This document shows positions 1 through 8,314 of a stretch of DNA of 32,000 nt, one piece after another. Both the position numbers and the translations under genes were made by a program. Positions within the stretch are counted from its first letter, which is position 1; each line of letters starts with the position of its first letter. Source of the stretch: Okeania sp. (GTDB taxonomy: Bacteria > Cyanobacteriota > Cyanobacteriia > Cyanobacteriales > Microcoleaceae). The notes under the pieces were generated by a model. The model searched no databases. It was not told the origin of the DNA and saw nothing but the letters and a program-made list of their open reading frames with translations. The stretch spans positions 4,096-36,095 of the forward strand of contig NZ_JAYKGW010000258.1 in NCBI RefSeq assembly GCF_035285525.1, read 5' to 3'.

Positions 1-134
1 TTCATTCTTATTCAGAATAACTATAAAAGCTTGATGATACGACTCCCGATCAATCAACAATTTTATCTGATACAAAATTAAGCTTTCACTTTCCTTATTC
101 CCTTAAATATCCTCCTTAATATTAAGCTTTTTAT

Positions 135-300
135 TGCTGTTAGCTGACAGCTATTAGCTTAATGCTTACGTTTAATTTTACTATCAAAGCCGATTTTATA
201 GGTTATCTTCATTTCCAAATTATAGTTCAGCTTTAGATAATTGATGGCTAATAGCTGTTGGCGCACCATGACCCAGGAAATGCTTATATAGAATTTTATT
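135..300 (+). repeat. Copy 1 of a ~170-190 bp dispersed intergenic element. One end is an SDR-like module (GCTGTTAGCTGACAGCTATTAGCTTAATGCTTAC); the other end is CTGTTGGCGCACCATGACCCAGGAAATGCTTA.
   Basis: The end module recurs at 1080-1113 (reverse complement), 16026-16057 and 23775-23805. The body TTTAATTTTACTATCAAAGCCGA (171-193) recurs at 23701-23723. Confidence 0.7.
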
Positions 301-703
301 TTTCCCGTTCTGCAAATAATTAATTTTTTTGAGTATAGCTTGCTCAGAAATTAATTTTCTACTTCATAGCTAAAGTTCCTGTGCAAGATAAATTAAATTA
401 CTAAATCATTTACAGTAAATAATATAGTAGCTTAACACACCTAAAATGTTCCCATATTATTGACAGATACTGAGTTAAACAAATGAATTTTCAGATTTAA
501 TCAAATAAACCTGCCTCTAATAATATATAGCAACTCTCATACTTGTGACCTACAAAATTCCTAATTTTAGGGAACAGGACACAGGTAATAGGATAAAAAT
601 AGATGTACCTTATCACTATGAAAAATGCTATATAACCTATTCTTCTTAGATGTGTTAGTGTAGCAAATATTGAGGATAAATTTAATAAATAATATCAAAT
701 CCA

Positions 704-820
704 TTAGACATCTCCTCCAAATGAGGGAACACTTAACTGGGAAAAGAGAACAGGGAAAAAGAATTGATAATTTATAGGTAATAATTGATTTTACTTTTTA
801 TTTTTGGAGATGTCTATTAG
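704..820. repeat. Inverted-repeat-bounded ~115 bp element (TAGACATCTCC(TCC)AAA ... TTTGGAGATGTCTA).
   Basis: Arms at 704-722 and 803-820 are reverse complements apart from a 3-nt indel. The interior GGGAACACTTAACTGGGAAAAGAGAACAGGG resembles the start of the 101-bp tandem unit at 2866-3244. Confidence 0.5.
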
Positions 821-966
821 TATTGGTATAATTCAATATTGTAGAGGTTTGGTCTTCAAATCTTAGCATTCAGCAATCAGCTTTTGAAGCAAATCTATAA
901 TTTTCGGTCATACATAAATATATAATAGTTTGACAATGCGAAATATATGATTGAAAAGTAGAATTT

Positions 967-1068
967 CAGGACTAAAGTCATCTGAACCCAGAAACCGGGT
1001 ACGAGGGTAGACATCTATTGTTCCAAACAACGATTTATCCTAGAAACCGATTTTTTTGTGTAAGTCCT
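967..1068. mobile_element. Small MITE-like element of the CAGGACTTA...TAAGTCCT family (degenerate copy).
   Basis: The termini CAGGACTAAAG / GTGTAAGTCCT are inverted. Same terminal motif as the 87-bp element at 24030-24116. The interior carries GAAACCGGGT motifs, also seen at 19803-19842. Confidence 0.5.
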
Positions 1069-1079
1069 AAAGTTAAAAG

Positions 1080-1257
1080 GTAAGCATTTCCTGGGTCATG
1101 CTGCGCAAACAGTAATAAAACTCAGCTTTTATAGTAAGATATGGTTTGGTCTTAATTAATAAAACTATTACCTCAAACCAATTAAACTAGCTCAATTAAT
1201 AAAGCTCTATATCGAAAACTAAAGATAATAGTTGATAGCTGACGGCTGAATGCTTAC
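1080..1257 (-). repeat. Copy 2 of the ~170-190 bp dispersed element, inverted relative to copy 1.
   Basis: GTAAGCATTTCCTGGGTCATGCTGCGCAAACAG (1080-1113) is the reverse complement of the 268-298 module. It ends with GTTGATAGCTGACGGCTGAATGCTTAC (1231-1257). Confidence 0.7.
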
Positions 1258-1379
1258 ATTAAAAGAATGCTTGTCATTCTATTTTTATTCTGCTTGAGCT
1301 AACTGCTCAAGTGCTAATAACTGAAAGCTTACATATTGCTTAAATTCTAATTATCAAATTAAGGAAATTTTACACAAAA

Positions 1380-1880
1380 ATGTCAACAACAACAACAGAA
1401 ACAGAAACCAGTGTTAACTATCTCCATATTGGAAATAAATTATTAAGACAAGGCAACCTACCCGAAGCTACCGATGCTTACCAACAAGTAATTAAACTTA
1501 ATCCTAAATCAGCAGTTGCTTATCAAAATTTAGGAGAAACTCTCAGTTTACAAGGCAATTTAGAGGAAGCTGCAAATATTTATAACCAAGCAATTAAACT
1601 ACAGAAAAATAATCCTTGGTCTTATTATTATTTAGGAGAAATTCTGATTAAACTTGAGAGATTTGAGGAAGCAGTTATTTATCTACGTCAAGCCATCGAA
1701 CTTACTCCAGATTTTCCCAATTTTTATCATAGTTTAGGATTAGCTTTGGCAAAACAAGGATTATTTGATGAGGCAATAACTACTTATCATCGCGCTCTCG
1801 AAATAGAACCCAATTCTATCTTCACTTATCAATATTTAGGTGAAGCATTAGCCAGTCAAAAAAATGGGATGAAGCTATAG
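1380..1880 (+). CDS. TPR-repeat protein, N-terminal fragment. Ends prematurely after an A7 run; see the frameshift finding.
   Basis: Repeated 34-aa TPR signature (A..Y...I.L.P....A...LG) throughout. AAGGA lies 13-17 nt upstream of the ATG. The stop comes 13 nt after the A7 tract at 1858-1864. Confidence 0.8.
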   Translation: MSTTTTETETSVNYLHIGNKLLRQGNLPEATDAYQQVIKLNPKSAVAYQNLGETLSLQGNLEEAANIYNQAIKLQKNNPWSYYYLGEILIKLERFEEAVIYLRQAIELTPDFPNFYHSLGLALAKQGLFDEAITTYHRALEIEPNSIFTYQYLGEALASQKNGMKL

Positions 1881-1930
1881 AAAGTTTCAATCAAGCTATT
1901 AAAATAAATCCTTATTTATCAGAATGCCAT

Positions 1931-2845
1931 TTGGCTTTAGGCAAAGTTCTAGAAAATGCTGGTCAAACAGAATCATCTATTAATTCTTATCGTCATGCTC
2001 TGGAATTAAATCCCAATTTAGCTGAAGCTTACTATTACATTGCTTTATCTTTAACTAAATTACAAAAATGGGAAGAAGTAATTAATTCTTGCCAACAAGC
2101 TATCTCTCTAAATTTTAAAAATGCAGAAATTTATCATTATTTAGGAGCAGCTTTTACCCAACTGCAAAAATGGGAAGAAGCAATTTCTGCCTATCAAAAT
2201 GCAATTGAATTTAATCCTAACTCTCCAGTAATTCATCATCAATTAGCTTATGCTTTAGCTCAACTAAAACAGTGGGAAAAAGCTGAACTTGAATATCGAG
2301 AAGTTCTCAGAATTAATCCTAATGCAGCAGTAGTTTATAACCAATTAGGACAAGCATTAACAGAAATGCAGAGGTGGGAAGAAGCAATCAATTGTTATCA
2401 GAAAGCTGTAGAAATTAAGCCAGATAATCAAAAATTTAATCAACACCTACAAGAAGCATTAGGAAGAAAAGAAGAACAGAATAGAACCGCAATTGAATCT
2501 CGTTTAAAGTTAGCAGAAATGATGCAGCAACAAGGATTTATGGATGAGGCTATTTCTGCTTATCATCAAGCAATAAATCTTAATCCTAATGCTGCTGATT
2601 TACATCATAAATTAGGGTATGCTTTGGCAACTATGGAAAAATGGGAAGATGCTGTTTCTGCTTATCGTCGGGCAATTGAACTTCATCCAAATTCGGCAGT
2701 TGTACATTATCATTTAGGTCAAGCTTTGTCACATTTAAGTTTAGATGAAGAAGCAATATCCTCCCTCAAAAAAGCTATTGAACTTAAACCCGATTTGTCT
2801 AGCGCTCATCAAGCTTTAGAAAAATTACAGGCAAAACAAAATTAA
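1931..2845 (+). CDS. TPR-repeat protein, C-terminal continuation of 1380-1880 in the -1 frame.
   Basis: This frame is already open from 1859. There it reads KKWDEAIESFNQAIKINPYLSECHLALGKV, a perfect TPR continuation. The TTG start in the ORF track is therefore an artefact. Confidence 0.8.
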   Translation: MALGKVLENAGQTESSINSYRHALELNPNLAEAYYYIALSLTKLQKWEEVINSCQQAISLNFKNAEIYHYLGAAFTQLQKWEEAISAYQNAIEFNPNSPVIHHQLAYALAQLKQWEKAELEYREVLRINPNAAVVYNQLGQALTEMQRWEEAINCYQKAVEIKPDNQKFNQHLQEALGRKEEQNRTAIESRLKLAEMMQQQGFMDEAISAYHQAINLNPNAADLHHKLGYALATMEKWEDAVSAYRRAIELHPNSAVVHYHLGQALSHLSLDEEAISSLKKAIELKPDLSSAHQALEKLQAKQN

Positions 2846-2865
2846 GTTAACTGATATATTAGGAA

Positions 2866-3244
2866 ATAGGAAATAGAGAAAACTTAGCAGAGAATAGTTG
2901 GAAAAAATTTCTGCTATTTAATCTAATCTAAGATTTCTTATTACTCTATTTCCTAATCAAATTATTTCAGGGAAAACTTAACAGAGAACAGAGAATAGTT
3001 GGAAAAAATTTCTGCTATTTAATCTAATCTAAGATTTCTTATTACTCTATTTCCTAATCAAGTTCTTTTAGAGAAAACTTAACAGAGAACAGAGAATAGT
3101 TGGAAAAAATTTCTGCTATTTAATCTAATCTAAGATTTCTTATTACTCTATTTCCTAATCAAATTATTTGAGGGAAAACTTAAAAGAGAACAGAGAATAG
3201 TTGGAAAAAATTTCTGCTATCTAAGATTCATTATTACTCTATTT
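2866..3244 (+). repeat. Tandem array of a 101-bp unit, about 3.6 copies; the last copy has a 10-bp deletion.
   Basis: AGAATAGTTG recurs at 2891, 2992, 3093 and 3194, an exact 101-nt period. Units are near-identical. The array starts about 20 nt after the TPR stop codon. Confidence 0.95.
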
Positions 3245-3292
3245 GTAAGCATTCAGCAGTCAGCTATCAGCTATCAGCTATTTAGGGCTTAC
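3245..3292. repeat. SDR-like module GTAAGCATTCAGCAGTCAGCTATCAGCTATCAGCTATTTAGGGCTTAC.
   Basis: GTAAGC...GCTTAC bounded. Same family as 135-169, 1231-1257, 3441-3475, 7009-7035, 16003-16057 and 18330-18606. Confidence 0.8.
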
Positions 3293-3724
3293 GTATGGAA
3301 ATCTAAAACTATTTACATATAAAGATTATAGCCTTTTTAAATGCTGAAAAAGTGGAGCTTTATTCAGCTAAAACTACCAAAAAGTTAGGATATTAGGGAG
3401 GCTAAGGATGAAAAAACAGGAAAAATTATTCCTCTATTATTGCTGATAACTGACGGCTAATAACTGAATGCTTACGTCGATTTCCTACTCAAATTCTTTA
3501 TTAGCTATATTATTTATAGTAGATGAAGCTAATTAAAATTAGTGGCGAGTTTCAATCTCCCATTAATTTTTACTTCTCACTTTATCCAACTTTCTTTTAT
3601 GTCTATAAATTTCACTTTACCGGACTCAAATTTCAAGAAATGCAAAAATCCTACACTTATAAATTTTAACTTTTGATTTGCCTCTAGCACAACGTAGTAA
3701 TCGTAAATGATTTGCCAAAAAACT

Positions 3725-3751
3725 GTAGGGGTTTGGAGACCAAACCCCTAC
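3725..3751. repeat. GC-rich hairpin GTAGGGGTTTGG-AGAC-CAAACCCCTAC.
   Basis: Perfect 11-bp stem. A half copy (GACCAAACCCCTAC) lies at 25979-25992. Confidence 0.7.
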
Positions 3752-3814
3752 GGTAAAATGTTACAAGCTATTTATAATTAGAACTTGCTGATGATAAAGT
3801 ATAGGAATATTAAC

Positions 3815-3965
3815 AGATAGATGTAAAAGCCTTTTTAGGTTAAAATAAAGTACCAGATTTTTGTCTAAGAACCTGCGGTTCCCGAAAAATCAAAAAGTTA
3901 GGTATTTGTGCAAGAGTTGGGCAGAAAAATTATCCCTTGATTTTTATGATTGCCTCCTGTCTAAC
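3815..3965. mobile_element. Partial copy of the ~225-250 bp MITE family (internal part only).
   Basis: AAAAATCAAAAAGTTAGGT and GGCAGAAAAATTATCCC match internal segments of the copies at 29391-29617, 6575-6798 and 21403-21636. Confidence 0.5.
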
Positions 3966-3980
3966 TCCCTATTCCCGTTG

Positions 3981-4019
3981 AGTATGTAGGGACGCCATTA
4001 TTAAACGTCCCTACATACT
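3981..4019. repeat. 14-bp-stem hairpin AGTATGTAGGGACG...CGTCCCTACATACT.
   Basis: Perfect inverted repeat with an 11-nt loop. ACGTCCCTA half copies lie near 8869 and 10344. Confidence 0.7.
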
Positions 4020-4258
4020 TCCTGCTCCCTACAAATAGCAAAAAAACTTTCCATAAACAAACCCTAATTACTATAATATTAGTGGCAATTTTTCAACTGT
4101 CTACTTTCAAAATAATTCAACTTCCCGATATTAATAGTAATATATCAAATTTGCCTAATTCCTCAGATGTTATAATCAAAATAGTGGCATATATCTCTCA
4201 CTATCTAGAGAGCAAAATCCCTAAAGTTAAACCATAGAGTTAATCAAGGAATTTAACC

Positions 4259-4612
4259 ATGACATCTAACTTATGCCTCCAACAAGTAAAACCCCAGTCC
4301 ACCTCCTATATTACTGAAACTAATATAGATTCTTGCATTACTACTGCCTGGCTTGACTTAGTAGCATCAACGGTAGATAATTTTGAGGGAGATGATTGGC
4401 TAGCTTTATGTGGTGATATAGATGAAGGTGAAATTTACCGAGATTGGTTTATTTGGCAAGATGTAGATTTTTCCCAAGAGTGGGAAGCTTACGATCTAAT
4501 TACTAATAAAAGATTTGTAGCTAAAGATTTATCTTTACTTAAAACTAAGATAGATCAAATAGAAGATACAAGAACCAACATATCTATAAGCAACTCAGAA
4601 AATTTATTGTGA
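4259..4612 (+). CDS. Hypothetical protein, 117 aa, strongly acidic and Trp-rich.
   Basis: ORF with AAGGA about 10 nt upstream of the ATG. TATAAT boxes at 4072-4077 and 4171-4176. My count is about 23 D/E versus about 8 K/R. No family recognised. Confidence 0.55.
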   Translation: MTSNLCLQQVKPQSTSYITETNIDSCITTAWLDLVASTVDNFEGDDWLALCGDIDEGEIYRDWFIWQDVDFSQEWEAYDLITNKRFVAKDLSLLKTKIDQIEDTRTNISISNSENLL

Positions 4613-4708
4613 AAAAAATTATAATGGCAGGTAGCAATACTTATCTGTTATCTGCTCCAAACCCTCAATACTTGATATTATAGTAGAGAATTTATTAAAA
4701 TAAGGAAA

Positions 4709-4783
4709 ATGGTTTCTAATAGCCTAATTTTTATACTTTTTATGATATTCCTAATCCTACTATTTGTTGGATCTGGTATCTAA
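4709..4783 (+). CDS. Possible 24-aa hydrophobic micro-ORF (MVSNSLIFILFMIFLILLFVGSGI).
   Basis: AAGGA precedes the ATG with a 3-nt spacer (TAAGGAAAATG). The product is one uninterrupted hydrophobic helix. It lies between the acidic ORF and the Xre-RES pair. It is below the ORF-track length cutoff. Confidence 0.25.
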   Translation: MVSNSLIFILFMIFLILLFVGSGI

Positions 4784-4908
4784 ATTATCAAAAACCAGAT
4801 GCTTCTGAAAGTTAAGTAGTAGTGCAAAATAAATTTTCTAGTTCAGAACTGATAATTTGTATAATTAACTATTTAGTCTCAAATAAATCTAAAATTTGCT
4901 CATCTTAA

Positions 4909-4940
4909 GACATCTGACGCTATAATATTAGACAGGTGAC
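4909..4940 (+). promoter_or_regulatory. Putative antitoxin promoter/operator: TATAAT (4921-4926) flanked by direct repeats GACATCTGAC (4909-4918) and GACAGGTGAC (4931-4940).
   Basis: Read directly from sequence. AAGAGGA lies 8 nt upstream of the ATG at 4959. The core TATAATATTAG is shared with 4072-4082, upstream of the acidic ORF. Confidence 0.35.
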
Positions 4941-4958
4941 TGTTAAGAGGATGTCCAG

Positions 4959-5438
4959 ATGTTATTCCCAGATCAAGTTTCTCAGAACCCAGAAACTGAA
5001 CCCATCCCTAGAATCTATCAAATTTTAGGATTTGACAGAATACCTAAAAATGTTTTGGAATTACCCCAAGAACTACAAATAGTTAGTATAATTCGTCAGG
5101 GATTTTCAGTAATTTCTGTAATTAAAGTAGCAGAATATTGTGGCATTTCTGAGTCACAAATGGCAGCTTTATTAGCAACTTCTGAACGGACTATCTCTAG
5201 GCGTAAGAAAGATCAGAAACCACTTGATATTTCTGAGTCAGATAGATTGTATCGCATTGCGAGAATTTTTGCACATATATTAGATGTATTTGAAAATGTG
5301 GAAACAGCAAGAGATTGGCTAAAAAAATCAAATCGTGCTTTAGCTGGAAAAACTCCTTTAGAACTATTAGATACAGATGCAGGTGCACAACAAGTAGATG
5401 AACTTTTGCATAAAATAGAGTATGGAATGTACAATTAA
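4959..5438 (+). CDS. Xre-like HTH / DUF2384 antitoxin of the RES-Xre (ParS/MbcA-type) family.
   Basis: The C-terminal region ARDWLKKSNRALAGKTPLELLDTDAGAQQVDELLHKIEYG is the characteristic DUF2384 signature. A helix-turn-helix-like segment precedes it (VAEYCGISESQMAALLATSERTISRRKK). Confidence 0.85.
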   Translation: MLFPDQVSQNPETEPIPRIYQILGFDRIPKNVLELPQELQIVSIIRQGFSVISVIKVAEYCGISESQMAALLATSERTISRRKKDQKPLDISESDRLYRIARIFAHILDVFENVETARDWLKKSNRALAGKTPLELLDTDAGAQQVDELLHKIEYGMYN

Positions 5439-5973
5439 TAATTAATTACTCATGTTTGTTAGTTATTAATAGAAGATCATATCGCAGCTAAGATGCCTAT
5501 GCTATAAATCTTGCTTTTTTGGTGTTGCATATTTGGGGGATGAATTATAGTCTTAGACAAAAGGAAAGTAAAAGATAAGATTTACATTATTCTGCAAATA
5601 TTCATCCCTTATTTCAGCAATGCCCTTTTTTTGTGTAATATCAAATCTTCTTACCCGGAAATGCTATGATCAACGAGTTGGGAGAGCAAATATTCAGAAT
5701 GATAGAACATCTAATACAAACTAAGTTTCTAGACTTTTTTGATTTTTTAGTTATATCAACTATACCGTAGAAAGTTCTAGGAATAATTATTACTAACTAA
5801 GGCTTTCAGCTATCTAAAGGTCAGGAACTTTATATTGAGAACTTTAAGTGCTGCAAGCCTTTCCCAATAATGCTTTCATTCCATTCTCCAATTCAAAATT
5901 ATAAATTATAAATTCTCAAATATCAAAACTATTAAATTTAATATAAAAGTAGTTCAAAAAATTATAATTAATA

Positions 5974-6465
5974 ATGAGTTTAACAGTATGGCGAATCTCT
6001 CATCAAAAATATATTGATATTGCCTGGAAAGGTGAAACTTATAGTCATAGTAGAGGTCGTTGGAACTCTAAAGGAACAACTTTAATTTATACTTCAGCAA
6101 CATTATCTTTAGCTGCATTAGAAACTTTAGTTTGTATGGAAATAGAAAACTTTGGTAATATATTTCTATCTATTTGTCTCACAATCCCAGATAACTTTCC
6201 CATTAAACAAGTGGATGAATCTCTGTTACCTCAAAACTGGCGTGATACTTCGGCACCAAAAATTTTAGCTTCTATTGGAGATAAATGGTTTAATTCTAAA
6301 ACTACAGCAGTTTTAAGGGTTCCTTCTGCCATTATTCCTCAAGAATATAATTATTTGATTAATCCTTTACATCCAGATTATGAGAAAATTTCTATTGCTC
6401 CACCTCGACCTTTTATCTTAGACCGCAATCTCAAAACTATCAAAAAAATGGTAGTTAGGGAATAG
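5974..6465 (+). CDS. RES-domain toxin (ParT/MbcT-type NAD-utilising family).
   Basis: VWRISHQKY..., SRGRWNSKGTTLIYTSATLSLAALETLV and VLRVPSAIIPQEYNYLINP fit the RES-domain R...E...S layout. Confidence 0.8.
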   Translation: MSLTVWRISHQKYIDIAWKGETYSHSRGRWNSKGTTLIYTSATLSLAALETLVCMEIENFGNIFLSICLTIPDNFPIKQVDESLLPQNWRDTSAPKILASIGDKWFNSKTTAVLRVPSAIIPQEYNYLINPLHPDYEKISIAPPRPFILDRNLKTIKKMVVRE

Positions 6466-6574
6466 GGAGTAGGGAATAAGTATGGAGGAAAAAAGTATTT
6501 TGGCAAATATTCAGATGCACTAAAAATCTGTTAATATTTTAATGATTAATCAGCCATATCTATTTATTAATAAA

Positions 6575-6798
6575 TAGGGTTTACTGATTAAATATCAAAC
6601 TCTTTACAGCTAAAAGTCAAAGTATTTTTAGTTATCAAAAATTCCTAACTTTTAGGTAACTCAGGTTGAAAAATTTAGCATTTTTAGACCGCTATGACAG
6701 AAAAATTAAGGAACTATTTTTTCAACCACTTCCTCTGTAACTCTTAACTACTTCCTACTCACTACTTCACCAAAAAGGCTTTAATCAGCAAACCCTAG
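6575..6798. mobile_element. Full-length copy of the ~225-250 bp MITE family (TIR TAGGGTTTACTGATTAAA ... TTAATCAGCAAACCCTAG).
   Basis: Terminal inverted repeats read directly. The internal motif GACAGAAAAATTAAGG is shared with other copies (reverse complement CCTTAATTTTTCTG at 21498 and 8884). Confidence 0.75.
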
Positions 6799-7057
6799 AT
6801 ACAAGGTAGCAACCAAAAGAAACAAAGTTCTCTTGGCTGCTGAAAATCAAATATTTCTAGCAATTAAAAAGCGAGAGTAGATTAGCTGTCAATCCTATCT
6901 AAGATTTGAAAATGGCTTTAAATGAATATAACCTTTAAAGTCGCCTTTCATAGTAATACCCAATTTATTTTAACTAATAAAGGCTTTTATGTCAAACTAA
7001 AATAAATCGCTGACCACTATTTGCTGACTGCTTACATTAAAAGTCAATAAAGACTTA

Positions 7058-8314
7058 TTAAACTGTAGCTGCTTCTAGACTAAATGCTTCCTTTAATAAA
7101 TCCACCTTATCCAATTTTTCCCAAGGCAAATCTAAATCAGTACGCCCCAAATGACCATAAGCAGCAACATCTTGATAAAAACGACCGCCTCTCTCTCCAG
7201 GTAAGTTCCGGAGGTTGAAAGTCTGAATAATTCCTGCTGGACGAAGCTCAAAGTTTTCTTTCACTACTTCCAATAACTTATCCTCATCAACCTTAGAAGT
7301 ACCAAAAGTCTCAATCATCATACTAACAGGTCTGGCCACACCAATAGCATAACTAATTTGAACCTCACACTTTTCTGCTAAACCTGCTGCAACAATATTT
7401 TTAGCAATGTAACGACAAGCATAAGCTGCTGAACGGTCTACCTTAGTTGGGTCTTTTCCGGAAAAAGCACCGCCCCCATGACGGGAATAACCACCATAAG
7501 TATCAATGATAATCTTACGTCCTGTCAGACCACAATCTCCTTGTGGACCACCAATAACAAATTTGCCAGTAGGGTTGACAAGAAAACGAGTTTCTGCATC
7601 AGGCTTAATCTTGGCGTCAGTAAATATTGGCTCAACCACATATTTCCAGAGGTCTTCTTTAATCTTAGCTTGAATTTCTGTTAACTCTGTAATTTCTCCA
7701 ATAGTAGCAGTATGTTGAGTAGAAATTAAGATTGTGTCAATACCAACAGGACGACCATCTTCATAAATAATAGTAACTTGACTTTTAGCATCTGGTCTTA
7801 GATAAGGCAGTTGACCACTTTTTCTGACTGCAGTTAATTCGCGAGCAACTCGGTGCGCTAAACTAATAGGTAGAGGCATTAATTCTGGAGTTTCATTACA
7901 GGCAAAACCAAACATTAGGCCTTGGTCTCCTGCTCCTATTGCATCAAGTTCTTCCTCGCTTAATAGATCACGAGTTTCTTGAGCTCTATCTACCCCTTGA
8001 GCAATATCTGCTGACTGTTCATCAATAGCTACTAAAACAGCACAGCTATCGGCAGAAAAACCATTTTCTGCATGGATATAGCCAATTTCAGCAATTTTTT
8101 TCCTAGCTATATCTATATAATTTACTTGCGCCTTAGTTGTAATTTCACCAGAAATTAAGACTAACCCTGTATTTACTAATACTTCAGCAGCCACACGACT
8201 GGTTGGATCTTGGGCTAATATAGCATCTATAATTGTGTCAGAAATTTGGTCGCAAATTTTATCTGGATGTCCTTCAGTAACAGACTCAGAAGTGAATAAG
8301 TAACGACTAGACAA
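7058..8314 (-). CDS. metK: S-adenosylmethionine synthetase.
   Basis: [30 protein letters not shown] and [19 protein letters not shown] motifs. Apparent TTG start with AGGAGG 8 nt upstream. Confidence 0.97.
   Translation of the reverse strand: MSSRYLFTSESVTEGHPDKICDQISDTIIDAILAQDPTSRVAAEVLVNTGLVLISGEITTKAQVNYIDIARKKIAEIGYIHAENGFSADSCAVLVAIDEQSADIAQGVDRAQETRDLLSEEELDAIGAGDQGLMFGFACNETPELMPLPISLAHRVARELTAVRKSGQLPYLRPDAKSQVTIIYEDGRPVGIDTILISTQHTATIGEITELTEIQAKIKEDLWKYVVEPIFTDAKIKPDAETRFLVNPTGKFVIGGPQGDCGLTGRKIIIDTYGGYSRHGGGAFSGKDPTKVDRSAAYACRYIAKNIVAAGLAEKCEVQISYAIGVARPVSMMIETFGTSKVDEDKLLEVVKENFELRPAGIIQTFNLRNLPGERGGRFYQDVAAYGHLGRTDLDLPWEKLDKVDLLKEAFSLEAATV

Noticed and set aside
3523-3669. 48-aa ORF (MKLIKISGEFQSPINFYF...) and a similar ISGNFS... 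fragment at about 4078.
   Set aside because: The similarity is at the DNA-repeat level (TTAGTGGC motif). The second copy is interrupted by stops. No RBS.
5197-5434. Track ORFs 5197-5388 (-) and 5213-5434 (-), antisense to the Xre antitoxin gene.
   Set aside because: They lie entirely within a well-supported CDS on the other strand. Products are low-complexity and Ser/Leu/Phe/Cys-rich. No RBS.
5666-5770. 34-aa ORF (MINELGEQIFRMIEHLIQTKFLDFFDFLVISTIP) in the Xre-RES spacer.
   Set aside because: No Shine-Dalgarno sequence and no recognisable family. It could easily be chance in AT-rich DNA. It is covered only as part of the spacer question.
7478-7684. Track ORF antisense to metK.
   Set aside because: Shadow ORF inside a highly conserved gene.
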